From the human T2T-CHM13v2.0 reference genome, Homo sapiens, in assembly GCF_009914755.1 (NCBI RefSeq), contig NC_060937.1: DNA of 64,000 nucleotides; one strand, written 5' to 3'. Position 1 is the first letter of the stretch. Every line of letters begins with the position of its first letter. The translations under genes were made by a program, and so were the position numbers. The notes under the pieces were generated by a model. That model was not told the DNA's origin, did no database searches, and saw only the letters and a list, made by a program, of their open reading frames with translations. Shown piece after piece: positions 33,415-57,001 of the stretch.

Positions 33415-34380
33415 TGTGGGCAAAGGATTACTCAGGTGCCGAGGCAAGAGACTGAAAGCACAAACTGTTTCAGTATAATAAAGAAAATAGTTAGAATAAG
33501 AATAGTCATAATACAAATTAGATATAGAGATGATCATGGACATTATCAATCATTAGTATAAAGATTATTAATCATTAGCTTTTAATATTACTCTTTGTTG
33601 TATTACTAATATAACCTAGGAATAACTGGCAGGTATAGGGTCAGGTGCTAAAGGGTTATTGTGAGAAGTGACCTAGAAGGCAAGAGGTGAGCCCTCTGTC
33701 ATGCCTGCATAAGGGCCGTTTGATGGCTCCTTGGTCAAGCGGTAACGCCAGTGCCTGGGAAGGCACCCGTTACTTAGCAGACCGTGAAAGGGAGCCTCCC
33801 TTTCCTTGGAGGAGTCAGGGAACACTCTGCTCCACCAGCTTCCTGTGGGAGGCTGGATATCATCCAGGCCTGCCCGCAGTCATCTGGAGGCCTAAACCCC
33901 TCCCTGTGTTGCTGTGCTTCAGTGGTCACGCTTCTTGTCCACTTTCATATTCCTCCCATACTCCTGGTTCTTCTTTGAAGTTCTTAGAAGATAGTGGTAG
34001 AAGAAATAGTGAAAGTCTTAAAGTCTTGGATCTTTCTGATAAATGCATAGAAGAAAACACTGACATATGCTGCCTTCCCTCTCTGCTTCGGCTACCTAAA
34101 AGGGAAGGGCCCCCTGTCCCAGGATTACATGACTTGCTTGACCTTATCAATCACTGGATGACTCAGCCTCCTTACCCTGCCCCCCTGGTCTTGCAAGCAA
34201 TAAATATCAGTGTGCCCAGCCATTCGGGGCCACTACCAGTCTCCATGTTTTGGTGGTAGTGGTCCTCCAGCCCCAGCTGTTTTCTCTTTATCTCTTTGTC
34301 TTGTGTCTTTATTTCTTACAATCTCTCGTCTCCGCACCCAGGGAGAACACCCACTAAGCCCCGTAGGGCTGGACCCTATA
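33415..34380 (+). mobile_element. Full-length solo LTR13A (HERV-K HML-4 class), 966 bp
   Basis: tgtgggcaaaggattactcaggtgccgaggcaagagactgaa...cgtagggctggaccctata; perfect 6-bp TSD cctaac (33409-33414, 34381-34386); AATAAA at 34199-34204. Confidence 0.9.
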
Positions 34381-34581
34381 CCTAACCACTTTCCTTAATA
34401 CTGGCCAGCCTCTGAAGGGCTGTGTCTGGAATGTTCTGGAGTCTGTTGCCTCTCAGGCCAGACCCACCTTCCCCCTGCCTCGCTTCCTCCACAGCAGAGA
34501 CTTGAAACCACTCAAAAGAGCAAAAGTCTAATTATTAAACTTTATTCCCTGAAACATGGGTCCAGTCATCCTACATAATAA

Positions 34582-34743
<162 letters not shown>

Positions 34744-34984
34744 TGAGTGTCACCACACCCAGCTAATTTTTGTATTTTTAGTAGAGACAGGGTTTCACCA
34801 TGTTGGCCAGACTGCTTTCGAACTCCTGACTTCAAGTGATCTGCCAGCCTGGGCCTCCCAAAGTGCTGGGATTTCAGGCATGAGCCACTGCACCCAGCCA
34901 CAAAAAACTTTCATGTTTTTATATAATTAAGAGACACCAATCATGTGACTCTGCTGAACAGTGGAGATAATTCCAAGGTAAATA

Positions 34985-35356
34985 TAGTCATATGCTGCAT
35001 AAAGAGGTTTCAGTCAATGACGTTTTGCATAAATGACTGTTGTCCCATAAGATGATAATACCTCCGGTAATTGGCTACTGAAAAAATTATAATACCATAT
35101 TTTTACTGTGCCTATTCTATGTTAAGATGCACTAATACTTACCATTGTGTTACAATAATCTCCAGTATTCAGTACAGCAACATGCTTTACAAGTTTGTAG
35201 CCTAGGAGCAAAAGGCTACACCTTGTAGCCTAGGTGTGCAGTAGGCTACACCATCTAAGATTGTGTAAGTACACCTGTGATGTTCGTACAATGACAAAAT
35301 CAGCTAAGGACACATTTCCCAGAATATATTCCTATCATTAAGCCATGTATGAGTAT
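34985..35356 (+). mobile_element. Tigger3a (MER7-type) DNA transposon
   Basis: tagtcatatgctgcataa...gtcccataagat...ttgtagcctaggagcaaaaggctac...cattaagccatgtatgagta. Confidence 0.8.
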
Positions 35357-35582
35357 AATCTTTCTCCCAGGACAATGAAGCCTACCCATTTACCTAAGAA
35401 GTAGTTTCACCCGGCCGGGCGCGGTGGCTCACGCCTGTAATCCCAGCACTTTGGGAGCCCGAAGCGGGCGGATCACGAGGTCAGGAGTTCCAGACCAGCC
35501 TGGCCAACATGGTGAAACCCCGTCTCTACTAAAAATACAAAAATTGGCCGGGCCTGGTGGCGGGCGCCTATAATCCCAGCTA

Positions 35583-35690
<108 letters not shown>

Positions 35691-35958
35691 TCAAAAAAAA
35701 AAGAAGAAGAAGAAGTAGTCTCACCCTGCAGGGGTAAACCTCCAACAGGAATTACTGATAGAGTTGGGTGTGGTGGCATCTGTTTGCACACCCAGCAGTT
35801 CAGGGGGCTGAGACTGGAGGATCACTTGAGCCCAGGAGTTTGAGGTTGTAGCAAGCTATGATTGTGACACTGCAATCCAGCCTGAGCAACAAATCAAGAC
35901 CCCCAACTCTAAAAATAAAAAGATATACTAATAGCACATGAATATTAGCACCTAATCA

Positions 35959-38103
<2,145 letters not shown>

Positions 38104-39281
38104 CCAGGCACAGTGGCTCACGCCTGTAATCCCAACACTTTGAAGGCTGAGGCAGGAGGATCACTTGAGCCCAGGAGTTCCAGACCAGCCTGGGCAACAT
38201 AGTGAGATCTCATCATTACTAAAAACCAAAAAACACATTAGTCGTGTGTGGCAGTGTGTGTCTGTAGTCCCAGCTATTTGGGGAGGCTGAGGTGGGAGGA
38301 TCACTTGAATCTAGGAGGTCAAAGCTGCAGTAAGCCAAGACCATACCACTGCACTCCAGCCTGGATGACAGAGTGAGACCCTGTCTCAAAAATATAAGGC
38401 CAGGCATGGTGGCTTACGCCTGTAATGCCAGCACTTTGGGAGGCCGAGGCAGGATGATCATTTGAGGTCAGGAGATTGAGACCAGCCTGGCCAACGTGGC
38501 GAAACCCCGTCTCTACTAAAAACACAAAAATTAGCTGGGCTTGGTGGCACACGCCTGTAATCCCAGCTACTCAGGAGGCTGAGACAGGAGAATCACTTGA
38601 ACTGGGGAGGCGGAGGTTGCGGTGAGCCCAAGATCGCGCCATTGCACTCCAGCCTGAGAGACAAGAGTGAAATCATCTCAATAAAATAAAATAAAATAGC
38701 CCAGCACGGTGGCTCACACCTGTAAGCCCAGCACTTTGGGAGGCCAAGGCGGGCAGATCACCTGAGGTTGAGAGTTCGAGATCAGCCTGGCCAACATGGT
38801 AAAACCCCCATCCCTACTAATAATACAAAAATTAGCCAGGCTTGGTGGTGCATGCCTGTAATCCCAGCTACTCGGGAGGCTGAGGCAGGAGAATCGCTTG
38901 AACCCAGGAGGCAGCAGTTGCTGAGTGAGCCAAGATTGCCACTGCACACCAGCCTGGGCAGCAGAGTGAAACTCTGTCTAAAAATAAATAAATTAATTAA
39001 ATATAATAAAATGTTAAAAAAAGTTCATGGCATTCTCTTATTAACAATTTATCTCTGAATATGTTCTCCTTAATTCCTTATCTTGCCATCTTTGCTGCTT
39101 TTTTATTTTTTTTTTTTTTTTTGAGACGGAGTCTCGCTCTGTTGCCCAGGCTGGAGTGCAGTCTTGGCTAACTGCAACCTCCGCCTCCCAAGTTCAAGCG
39201 ATTCTCTTGTGTCAGCCACCTGAGTAGCTGGGACTACAGGCATGCACCACCATGCCTGGCTAATTTTTGTATTTGTAGTAG

Positions 39282-39806
<525 letters not shown>

Positions 39807-40071
39807 TAGCCAGATGGTCTTGATCCCCTGACCTCGTGATCTGCCCGCCTCGGCCTCCCAAAGTGCTGGGATTACAGGCGTGAGCCACTGCACCCAGCCA
39901 GGGTATATATTTTCTACACTTCTAGGTAAAAATGAACAATATTGTGGAAAAGAGACCAGAAAAAACACACCCAAGTATTAATGATCTAGTGGTTTTTCTT
40001 CAAGAAATAGAATTATGGGTCATTTCTTCTTCTTTCTATTTTTTAATATTTTTCTAAGTTGTCCATGATGA

Positions 40072-40254
<183 letters not shown>

Positions 40255-40374
40255 TAGCCAGGCTGGTCTTGAACTCCTGACCTCATGATCCACCCGCCTC
40301 AGCCTCCCAAAGTGCGGGGATTACAGATGTGATCCACCGCGCCCGGCCAATGAACTTATATATTTTTCTTTTGA

Positions 40375-40479
<105 letters not shown>

Positions 40480-41523
40480 TGAGGAGCTGGGATTACAGGC
40501 ATGTGCCACCACGCTCGGCTAATTTTGTAGTTTTAGTAGAGACTGGGTTTTCCATGTTGCTCAGGCTGGTCTCGAACTCCCGACCTCAGGTGATCCACCC
40601 GCTTTGGCATCCCAAAGTGCTGAGATTACAGGCGTGAGCCACCGCGCCTGGCCTGATGAACATACATTTTTAAACAAACAAACAAAAAACTCATGAGCCA
40701 GCAAATTAAAATAAATGTTATTGAAGTAGTAGAACTGACGAAGATGGTAATGAGCCCACATCTTTCTAATGCCCAGCCTTCCCTTCGTACTGCCCGAGGA
40801 CCACTTGGACTTCATCCAGAGGGAGTACTCACTCACCAAGCCTTACCCTGAGCTTTCCTTTCATATCCAACAAATGGCAGAGTCCTCACCTGGCCCTGGC
40901 AACTCCTCAGGGCGTGGGAGAAAAGCTGCGGCTCAGGGCTCAGTGTGGCCGACCGAACACTCAGGGCCTTATCCTGCCATTGAGCCTCTCAATGATATCA
41001 GCAGGATGTGGCCCGAAGGTTTTTCCTCCCCTGGTTTCCCCAAACAGAAAATGCTGGCCTTTGTTTAGACAGTACTTTGATGGATTGTGGATAGGACCAT
41101 TTTAAAACTTTATCTAAATTAGATGAAAATGTCCTACAGCCACTTCAAATTTAATTTGTGGAGGTAATGCTTGTTCACTCTTGGTTCCTAGCCTGGAAGC
41201 CATTTGGACCTTTTGAAGTGCTTAGCCTGGATTTAATTTTGAAGTACATTTTATTTTTCGTAAATTCTTGTTGCTGTTTCTAATGCCTTAGTAATGTGGG
41301 TCTGTATCTTTGCTTAGGAGTTTTGTCTTTCTATATAGTACAGTAATTCCCTAACTTTTAAAATCTAGCTACTTTGTAAAAAACACAAAATCTCACACAT
41401 TTTTCAAGTGAATTAAACACAGGACCTAAAAAACAAACCTTTGTGTTGCAAAGGGAAGCAACACAGCTTTACTGGATACAGAGCTCCACACAGGGCTGTT
41501 TTAAAATCTTTGTAAAGTCTGGA

Positions 41524-42312
41524 CAGGACCAGCTACGTAATTTGTAGGGCCTAGAGCAAAATAACAATGTGTGGCATGGCCAGGTGTGGTGGCTCACACT
41601 TGTAATCCCAGCACTTTGGGATGCCAAGGTGGGTGGATCACCCGAGGTCAGGAGTTTGAGACCAGCCTGACCAATATGGTGAAGCCCAGTCTCTACTAAA
41701 AATACAAAAATTAGCCCGGCATGGTGGTGGATGCCTGTAGTCCTAGCTACTCAGGAGGCTGAGACAGGAGAATTGCTTGAACCCGGAAGGCGTTGGTTGC
41801 AGTGAGTTGAGATCACATCACTGTACTCCAGCGTGGGTGACAGAGTGAGACTCCATATCAAAAAAAAAAAAAAAGAATGTGTGGCTCATTGTTCAAAAAT
41901 TACGAAGACTTCCAAGGCTGGTGTGGTGGTACATGCCTGTAGTTTCTGCTACTCTGGAGGCTGAGATGGGAGGGTCACTTGGACCAAGTAAGTAGAGGCT
42001 GCACTGAGCTACATGGTCACACTGTACTCCAGCCTGGGCAACAAAATGGGACCCTGTCTTGAAAGAAAGACAGAAAGACAGACAGAAAGAGAGAAGGAAG
42101 GAAGGGGAGGGGAGGGGGACGGGAAGGGAAGGGGGAAAGGGGAAAGGGAAAGGGGGAAGGGGGAAGGGAAGGGAAGGGAAGGGAGAAGGAAGGAGGAAGG
42201 AAGGAAGAAAGACTTCCAAGATGAGAGCAGAGCATTAAACCAGTCTCGGGGCCCTTATGAACTTGTGACCTCGTGCTAAATGCACAGGTCAGTTGCCTGC
42301 AAAGCTGGCCCT
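41524..42312 (-). mobile_element. MER45A hAT-Tip100 MITE split by two Alus
   Basis: caggaccagctacgtaatttgtagggcc...|ttgttcaaaaatta...|gcagagcattaaacc...ctggccctg; Alu TSDs aatgtgtggc and agacttccaag. Confidence 0.7.
42060..42210 (+). repeat. Polypurine (GGGAA/GGAA-like) low-complexity tract from an Alu tail
   Basis: Read directly; a polypyrimidine tract follows at ~42400-42540. Confidence 0.9.
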
Positions 42313-42395
42313 GGCTCCGGATACTTTCAGTGGGTCCCACTGCATGTTATATCACATGTCATAATCATTTACATCCTACACATGTTTTTTATTAG

Positions 42396-42761
<366 letters not shown>

Positions 42762-42764
42762 TAA

Positions 42765-43074
<310 letters not shown>

Positions 43075-43387
43075 TAATCCACCCGCCTTGACCTTGAAAA
43101 GCGCTGGGATTACAGGCATGGGCCACCGTGCCAGGCATACAGACATTTTCAAAGAGATTTTGCTTTTGAAATTATGTGGCTACAAGTAACTCATGTTATG
43201 ATTGGCTCTGATTGCTCTACAAATAGTGTATATGTTTAAGAATTTTTGTGCAGTGAGAAAATCAGAACTTTCAAATTGCTTTCCAAGGAATCAATACATT
43301 TATGACTATTAAAATTGGCAATAGATGAAAGTGTCATTGGTGATGTCCTATGAATACTTAACCACACATTATAAATCAATATTGTAG

Positions 43388-43727
43388 TGAGACAGCCAAG
43401 TATCATGGGGGAAGGTGCCTGGAAAACCTCCGCCCAGCCGGTACACTGGGAGAATGGGGTGGAGTGGCGGGAAGTTCATGCCCTTTGCAGCAGAGAGGAG
43501 CCTGGCCTTTCTCTCCTGTTCCTGAGGTGTGGTACCCGAGAATTCAGTCTGTATGAGGTGGGGCCAGTTGACAGGAAACTCTCTCGCTCTTCTAAGATTT
43601 TTTTTTTTCCTTTTTGCCTAATAAATTCCACTTTTCTCACCCTTCAAAGTATCTGGATGCCTAATATTTCATGGCCATGTAACAACGACCCCGTTTTTAG
43701 ATGAACTAAGGAAAAAGTCCTATAACG
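43388..43727 (+). mobile_element. MER61-family solo LTR (ERV1)
   Basis: tgagacagccaagtat...gggaagttcatgccctttgcagc...aataaattcc...tgaactaaggaaaaagtcctataacg; 4-bp TSD gtag on both sides. Confidence 0.85.
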
Positions 43728-44110
43728 GTAGTTGTTTTTCTTTTGACATTTTGAGGCTGATAATTATGTTTTGAACCCACATATTTTCACAGGCCCTTGA
43801 AGTACCCACAGGCTCCATGTGCTGTGTCTGTAGCACTTGATTGAGAAAAAAAAATGGTGCTCAGCTCCCCGCTCCTATTCTGACATGGTCCCTCACAAGA
43901 GCAGGCCCGCCTTCCCGGCATGATGTTCCCACCCTCAGCACTCCCCACCACACAGTGAGGGAAACTCATAAATTACAAAGCTCTGTTTAGTACAGAGAGT
44001 TCTTGGGGCTTTGTTCCTTTGTTTAGTTTACTTAAAAATAGAACTGTCGCCAGGTGCGGTGGCTCACGCCTATAATCCCAGCACTTTGGGAGGCCAAGGC
44101 GGCCGGATCA

Positions 44111-44458
<348 letters not shown>

Positions 44459-44796
44459 TTAACGATTTAAGTGAGATGTAATAAGTGCAGACGCACCTGG
44501 ACAGCCCATTTGGGCTCATGCAGAAGTCGGCTTCTCATCCCTTAATCCTCCCAGACTCTCAGCTGGAGCTGGTTTGGGGAGTAAGGACTTATCCTTATCA
44601 GCACCATCCCTCCTTTGGCTTCTAAACAGATACAAGCAGCAGAGATGGAAACAATACGGCAGAATAGGAAAGTATGGACTTGGAGCCAAGTATCATAAAT
44701 AACAAGTAAAGTGGCCAAACTTGGTATCTGTGATCAAGTTGCTCTCTCAGACAGTGTTTCCTTACCTGTAAAATGGGGATATTAATATGTACCTCA

Positions 44797-45000
<204 letters not shown>

Positions 45001-46597
45001 CTACTTGGGAGTCTCAGCCGGGAGGATTGCTTGAGCCCAGGAGGTAGAGGCTATAGTGAGCTGTGATGGTGCCACACTGCACTCCAGCCTGGGTGACACA
45101 GCAAGACTCTATCTCAAAAGATATATGTGGGTGTGTGTGTGTATACACATGTATATTGATATACACATATATAAACACGTATTTATCTACACATGCACAC
45201 ACACATAAAGTTTGGGCTATTGGCACTAAGTTAATGGCAACTTCTACTGTTGTTATTTTTATGATTATTAATCACACAGAGCATGAATTTATGGCAGCCT
45301 CCCTTAAAAAGAAAAAAGGGCTCTGCAAAGAGGCTTTTCTTTTGAGACAGACGCCTCCGAGGTTCAAGCGATTCTCCTGCCTCAGCCTTCTGAGTAGCTG
45401 GGGTTACAGGCGTGTGCCACCACACCTTGCTAATTTTTGTATTTTTAGTGGGGCGGGCGGGTGGGGGCAGCTGACCATGTTGGCCAGGCTGGTCTCGAAC
45501 TCCTGACCTCAGGTGATCTGCCTGCCTAGGCCTCCCAAAGTGTGGGGATTACAGGCGTGAGCCACCGGCCGTGAAGAGTTTTAAATTATTTATATTGCCA
45601 GGCGCGGTGGCTCATGCCTGTAATCTCAGCACTTTGGGAGACTGAGGTGGGTGGATTTTTTGAGCTCAGGAGTTCAAGACCAGCCTGGGCAACATGGCAA
45701 AAACCTATCTCTACAAAAGCACAAAAAATTAGCCAGGTGTGGTGGCACACACTTGTGGTCCCAGCTACTCAGGAGTCTAACGTGGGAGGATCACTTGAGC
45801 CCAAGAAGTCAAGGCAAGGCCTCAGTGAGCCACGATTACACCACTGCATTCTAGTCTGGGTGACAGAATGAGACCCCATTTCAAAAAAACAAAATTTATA
45901 TTATTCCCATAAAATTTGGTTATTAATTTTTTATACCAAGAGGCAGAATAGATTATTAATTTGTTAGTACATTTCAAACTCAGTCATGTGTCAATTTTTC
46001 CTGTCTATATTAAGCAGGTATTGTGCACCTTATACTGTGATAAACCAGGGGAGCTATGGACCTGCCCTCAAAGAGCTGAACACTGGAAAAACAATCAGAG
46101 AATAATATGACCCAGTGTATAACAAAATGCTAGGAGGTATGGTGCAGGTGCTATCTACTGTTGGATTTTAGTAAAGGAAATAGTGACAATCAGGGGCTCA
46201 GATGCTCAGAGCAAACTTCATAAAGAACACATACACATACCACTATTAAAGGAAAGAATTTACTTTGTATTAAAACAAAATTCTGTGATTTTAGCAAGTT
46301 AGTCAACACATCTTAGTCTTCTGTCTGCAAAATGGAGAGGATGAGTTTTCTTGTATTGGATTGATGCTTTTGGCTACAAATTACTCTACCTCAATTAATG
46401 GACTTAAGCAAAATAGAACATATTATTTCCAGAGGCACAATTATTATGGGGATTATTCAATAAGCTCTTTGAGTAAACCCAGGTCCTTTCTGCTTTTCCT
46501 CTGTCATCCTCAGAATTTCAATTACCTTGTCTCCTGGTCACAAGATGGCTGCAAAAGCTCCAAGCTTTTGCATCCATCACACCAATATATGGAGGTG

Positions 46598-46718
46598 GAA
46601 AGAAAAGGGAAGGGAAGGGAAGGGGAAGGGGAAGGGGAAGGGAGGAAAGAGGAGGTGAGGGGATGGGGAGGAGAAAGGAGGAAAGAGAAGGAAAGGAAAA
46701 GAAAGGGAAGGAAGGGAA
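46598..46718 (+). repeat. Polypurine (GGGGAA)n low-complexity tract
   Basis: Read directly. Confidence 0.9.
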
Positions 46719-46750
46719 CCACTACTTCTGACTTGTGTCTCTTTTTTTAG

Positions 46751-46975
<225 letters not shown>

Positions 46976-47608
46976 TAGTGGAGATGGGGGTTTCACCATA
47001 TTGGCCAGGCTGGTCTCAAACTCCCAACCTCAAGTGATCCACCCCCCTCGGCCTCCCAAAATGCTGGGATTACAGGCTTGAGCCACTGCACCTAGCCTAT
47101 TCTCACATCTTATTGGTTGAGATTGGATCGCATGTCCCTTCCTAAGCCAATCGCTGGCAAAAGAATAGGATTTTTGAAAGGCCTAGATTCATCCTTGAAG
47201 TAGTTAGAGCCACCTCTTCTGAAGCATAGCACTGCATGGAGTGTAGCCACCAGAATAAAATTGGAAGACCAGGCATAGTGGCTCACGCCTGTAATCCCAG
47301 CACTCTGGGAGGCTGAGGTGGGAGGATTACTTGAGGCCAGGAGGTTAAGATCAGCCTGGGCAACATAGCCAGACCCCATCTCTACAAACAATTTAAAAAT
47401 TAGCTGGGTGTGGTGGTACATAGCTTTAGTCCCAGCTACTTAGGAGGCTGAGGTGGGAGGATCACTTGAGCCCAGGAGGTTGAGGCTGCAGTGAACCAAG
47501 ATCATGCCACTGCACTCCAACCTGAGTGATAGAGTGAGACTCTGTCTCTAAAAAAATAAAATAATATAAAATAATTTTGAGGCTGGGCCAGCAGTGTCTT
47601 CTCACCTA

Positions 47609-50106
<2,498 letters not shown>

Positions 50107-51400
50107 TAAGAGAAGGAAAATCTTAAAACTCTGGTGCTAGTTTATTTATTTATTTATTTATTTAGAGACGGAATCTTCCTCTGTCACCTGGCCTGGAGTG
50201 CAGTAGCGCAATCTCAGCTCACTGCAGCCTCTGCCTCCCAGGTTCAAGTGATTCTGGTGCCTCAACCTCCTGAGTAGCTGCGATTACAGGCATGTGCCAC
50301 CACACCTGGTTGATTTTTGTGTTTTTTTTTTTTTTAGTAGAGACAGGGCTTTGCCATATTGGCCCAGCTGGTCTCAAACTCCTGAGCTCAAGCGATCTGC
50401 CTGCCTCAGCCTCCCAAAGTGCTGGGATTACAGGTGTGAGCCTGGTGCTAGTTTATAGAAGAAAAAATAATAATACTAATAATAGGTAACCTTATTGTGC
50501 ACTGATTATGTGCTCAGCATTGTGTTAAGCACTCTACACCTGTCAACTTGTTACAACAACCCTAAGAAATGGGTGTTATAATTGTCCCTACATTTTAAAT
50601 GGGGAAACGGAATCTTCAAGAAGTTAGACAACTTGCCCAAGGTTACACAGTAAGTAACACAGGATTTGAACAGCTAATTATTGTTGTCATTCATGGATGC
50701 CTGTCAAATGTGAATAGAGTTGAAGGAAATCTAGGGAGTTCTACTCTAGTGCAGTGACCATGGTACCAAGGGACACCCTGGGCCAACCTGTGGCCTGTGG
50801 GCAGGCCTGTGGAAGAGGAGGTATGTGGTATAGCTGCTGTGCCCCATGGGCCCCACGTGTAAGGCCAGCACTGGGGCAAGTAGGGTGGTTCCATTTAGTG
50901 TGCTTTGTAAAAAAAAAAAAAAAAGATAAAATATATGTAACATAGAATTCATCATTTTATGGCCGGGTGTGGTGGCTCACACCTGTAATCCTAGCACTTT
51001 GGGAGGCTGAGGCAGTGGATCACTTGAGGTCAGGAGTTCGAGACCAGCCTGGCCAGCATGGTGAAACCACATCTCTACCAAAAATACACAAATTAGCCGG
51101 GCATGGTGGCACATGCCTGTAATCCAAGCTACTTGGGAGGCTGAGGCAGGAGAATTGCTTGAACCCGGAGGCAGAGGTTGCAGTGAGCCGAGATCATACC
51201 ACTGCACTCCAGCCTGGGTGACAGAGTGAGACTCTGTCTCAAAAAAAAAAAAAAAAAAATTCACCATTTTAGCCATTTTAGGTGTACAATTCTGTAGCAT
51301 TAAGTACATTCACAATGTTGTACAACCATCACCTCTATCCATTTCCAGAACTTTTCATAGATGAGTATGCTTTTCAATACCAGGAAAGCTTCTGGTATCA

Positions 51401-51538
<138 letters not shown>

Positions 51539-51684
51539 TTAAAAAGTTAGCCAGGTGTGATGGTACACACCTGTGGTCCCAGCTACTCCAGAGGCTGAAG
51601 TAGGAGGATCACTTGAGCCTAGGATGTTGAGACCAGCCTGGGTAACACAGTAAGGTCCTGTCTCAAAAATAAATAAATAAATGA

Positions 51685-52218
<534 letters not shown>

Positions 52219-52479
52219 TAGTAGAGACAGGGTTTCACCATGTTACTCAGGCTGGTTGTGAACTCCTGACCTCAGGTGATCTACCCGCCTCAGCCTCCCA
52301 AAATGTTGGGATTACAGGCATGCGCCACCGTGCCCAGCCTGCCCGGCTATCTTAAAGGACTCAAGAAGCAAGGCCTTTCATTCCATAGTTAAAGACAGAT
52401 TGAATGTGGCTACCCCTGGGAGAGGCACTACTTTGCCTTATATTAATTCACATGGATGAGTAACAAGAGTGGCATTTGT

Positions 52480-53470
<991 letters not shown>

Positions 53471-53948
53471 TGATTATGTGTCTCTCTCTTCTATTCGAGG
53501 TGAAAGGCAGAGCCAGATTGCCGCCTGTGAAAAGACCATGCAGAACTTAGATGAGGAAGGAGAACTTCGTATCACTGATGCTATTTTACAGCTTGATTGT
53601 CCAGGCCCTCCTCAGTTTGGCCTTTAACATTCTCACTTGGATAGCACAAAACTGACCTTGGAAGCTTCCATTCTGCTTTTGTGGGAGTTTTGATTTAAAT
53701 CCTGCAAAGAAAAGAATGACCTTGTGCTCTGAGCAAAACAACTCCTTCTTCCTGCTCTGTAACTCCTCTCCTCCCTATCCTTGGGAGTGGCTTTAGGGGA
53801 CCGCTTCTGGGAGGCAAGATGGGGAAGTTCCACTGTAGCTAAAGACAAGCTTTTCCTATTTCATAATAAAGCCGAGTTCCTGGCAGGCAAGGCACGGTGG
53901 CTGATGCCTGTAATCCGAGCACTTTGGGAGTCTGAGGTTCGTGGATCA

Positions 53949-54200
<252 letters not shown>

Positions 54201-55038
54201 TTATTACTTGACCCACTCAACAAAGATGTGGTTGCATTTTCCTCACATATGGGTTGTTTAGGCTTCTCAGGGTATGATGAATCTGTGTATTTGTTGGTGT
54301 TTAGATGCTTTTGAGAAACATGCTATGTTATGGGCAGACTTATGAAAACATTGTACTAATAATAGAACAAGACAGAAGTCTCTACTGACCACTGACATAC
54401 ATCCATGAGTATTATGGGCTGTAGTCTTGATTTGGCATCCTCAAGTGATCTCGGTGGAATGTCATAAGAATAGGAGGCAACCCATACACCCATGAAGAAA
54501 TACCCACGTGGAATGGTCACATGGACCTCTAGAAGGCTATGGTGAGGCTGGGCATGGTGGCTCACACCTGTAATCCCTCGGCCTTGGGAGGCTAAGGCAG
54601 GAGGATTGCTTGAGCCCAGGAGATCAACAACCACCTGGGCAACATAGTGAGATCCCTACTCTACAAAAAGTTAAAAAAGTAGTCGGGCATAGTGGCACGT
54701 GCCTGTAGTCCCAGCTACTCAAGAGGCTGAGGCGAGAGGATTGCTTGAACCCAGGAGTTCAAGGTTGCAGTGAGCCATCATCCTGCCACTGCACTCCAAC
54801 CTGGGCGACAGAGCAAGACCCCATCTCAAAAAAAAAAGAAAAATAGGCCAGGCATGGTGGCTCACACCAGTAATTCTAGCACTTTATGAGGCCAAAGTAT
54901 GTGGATTGCCTGAGCTCAGGGGTTCGAGACCAGCCTGGGCAACATGGTGTAATCCCATCTTTTTTTCTTTTCTTTTTTTTTTTTAATTTTAAAGAAACAT
55001 AAATCACACAAAAAAGAAGATAATTTTTTTTTTTTTGA

Positions 55039-55299
<261 letters not shown>

Positions 55300-56486
55300 T
55301 GAGCCACCACGCCCAGCTGAGAAATTAAAAAAAAAAGAAAGAAAGAAAGAAAAAGAAGACTATAGAGTACCTGAAGTCTTCAGGCGTCTGGATTTATTAT
55401 GAGATAGATTTTGGTTAAAGGGCAAGGATGCCTGCATATGCTTTAGAGGCAAGGTCATGGGTCTCGTGCTGCAGGGACATAGACTTTTCCATTGAAGGAA
55501 CTCTCAGAGTTCAAATCCCCTAAACCCATCCTCTTTCCCTGTCTTGGCCTGATGCCTGGTGATCATAACAGTGTCTCTTTGCTGTTTCAGTCCTCCACTC
55601 TGTTCCAGAGGAACCACACAGAAAAACAGTTCCCCAAACTATAAAAGTCGTAAGACTCATTCTTTGAATAAAGTGTTTAGATTTGCCGTCAGGCATGGAC
55701 ACCTGGCTAATATTCATTTGGAACTCTGAGTTCTAGAAGTGTTCTCATTCTTCATATAACCCATCTACAAGCCTCAACCAAAGAAGAATCATAGTAATAA
55801 CACCAGGAAATTAAAGTCAAGCAAACCCTATAAACAGTTCTAATATATTTGTGCACACGCTAAGTTCCCCAGCATTGCTGTAAATTTGTCCTCTTTGCTG
55901 ATTAAATGATGCAAAAATTTAGAGCTCCTCTTTTAATCGTCAACGCCATTTCCTTTCTTATCCCATCAGAACTGGGTGATTTAACCTGAGCCCTTTGGTT
56001 TTTCTTTTTTTAAATATTAACCTGTATTGTCCCCCAACAATGTGAATTTGCTTCCTGCTCAATATGTCTATTACTGACTAATGATGCTTTAAAATTCTTC
56101 CTCCTGTGGATTGATTCAGATCCAACTAACTTTTACTAAATTCATAGAATACAGCGACAGTGCTTGGCTTTCTTAGGTGTGAAATTTCAGTTAATCCCAA
56201 ACATAATTCTGTGAGGTGGGAGATATCATCCGAATTTATAGGAAAAGAATCTGAGGCTCAGAGAAGGTCCCTGATTTGCTGAGGCCACACATGTTTTCAG
56301 TGACAGTAATAGAGCTGGGCATACACCTGCATTGTTTGATTCAAAGCCAGTCATCTTGGCTTTTCACCAGCCAATAGGCCGTTCACTGTCCAGATGTGGC
56401 TATATTACCTTGGTGATGGTCAGTTTCATATGAGACCAAGCTAACATTAACATCAGAGGGTACTATCACATTTGGGATTAAGTTAA

Positions 56487-57001
<515 letters not shown>

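Noticed and set aside
43388-43727. MER61 as a p53 response element
   Set aside because: Some MER61 subfamilies carry p53 sites, but I see no paired RRRCWWGYYY decamers in this copy.
50908-50924. Isolated poly(A) suggesting a processed pseudogene
   Set aside because: No AATAAA, TSD or recognisable parent; it abuts a minus-strand old L1 3' end and looks like an expanded A run.
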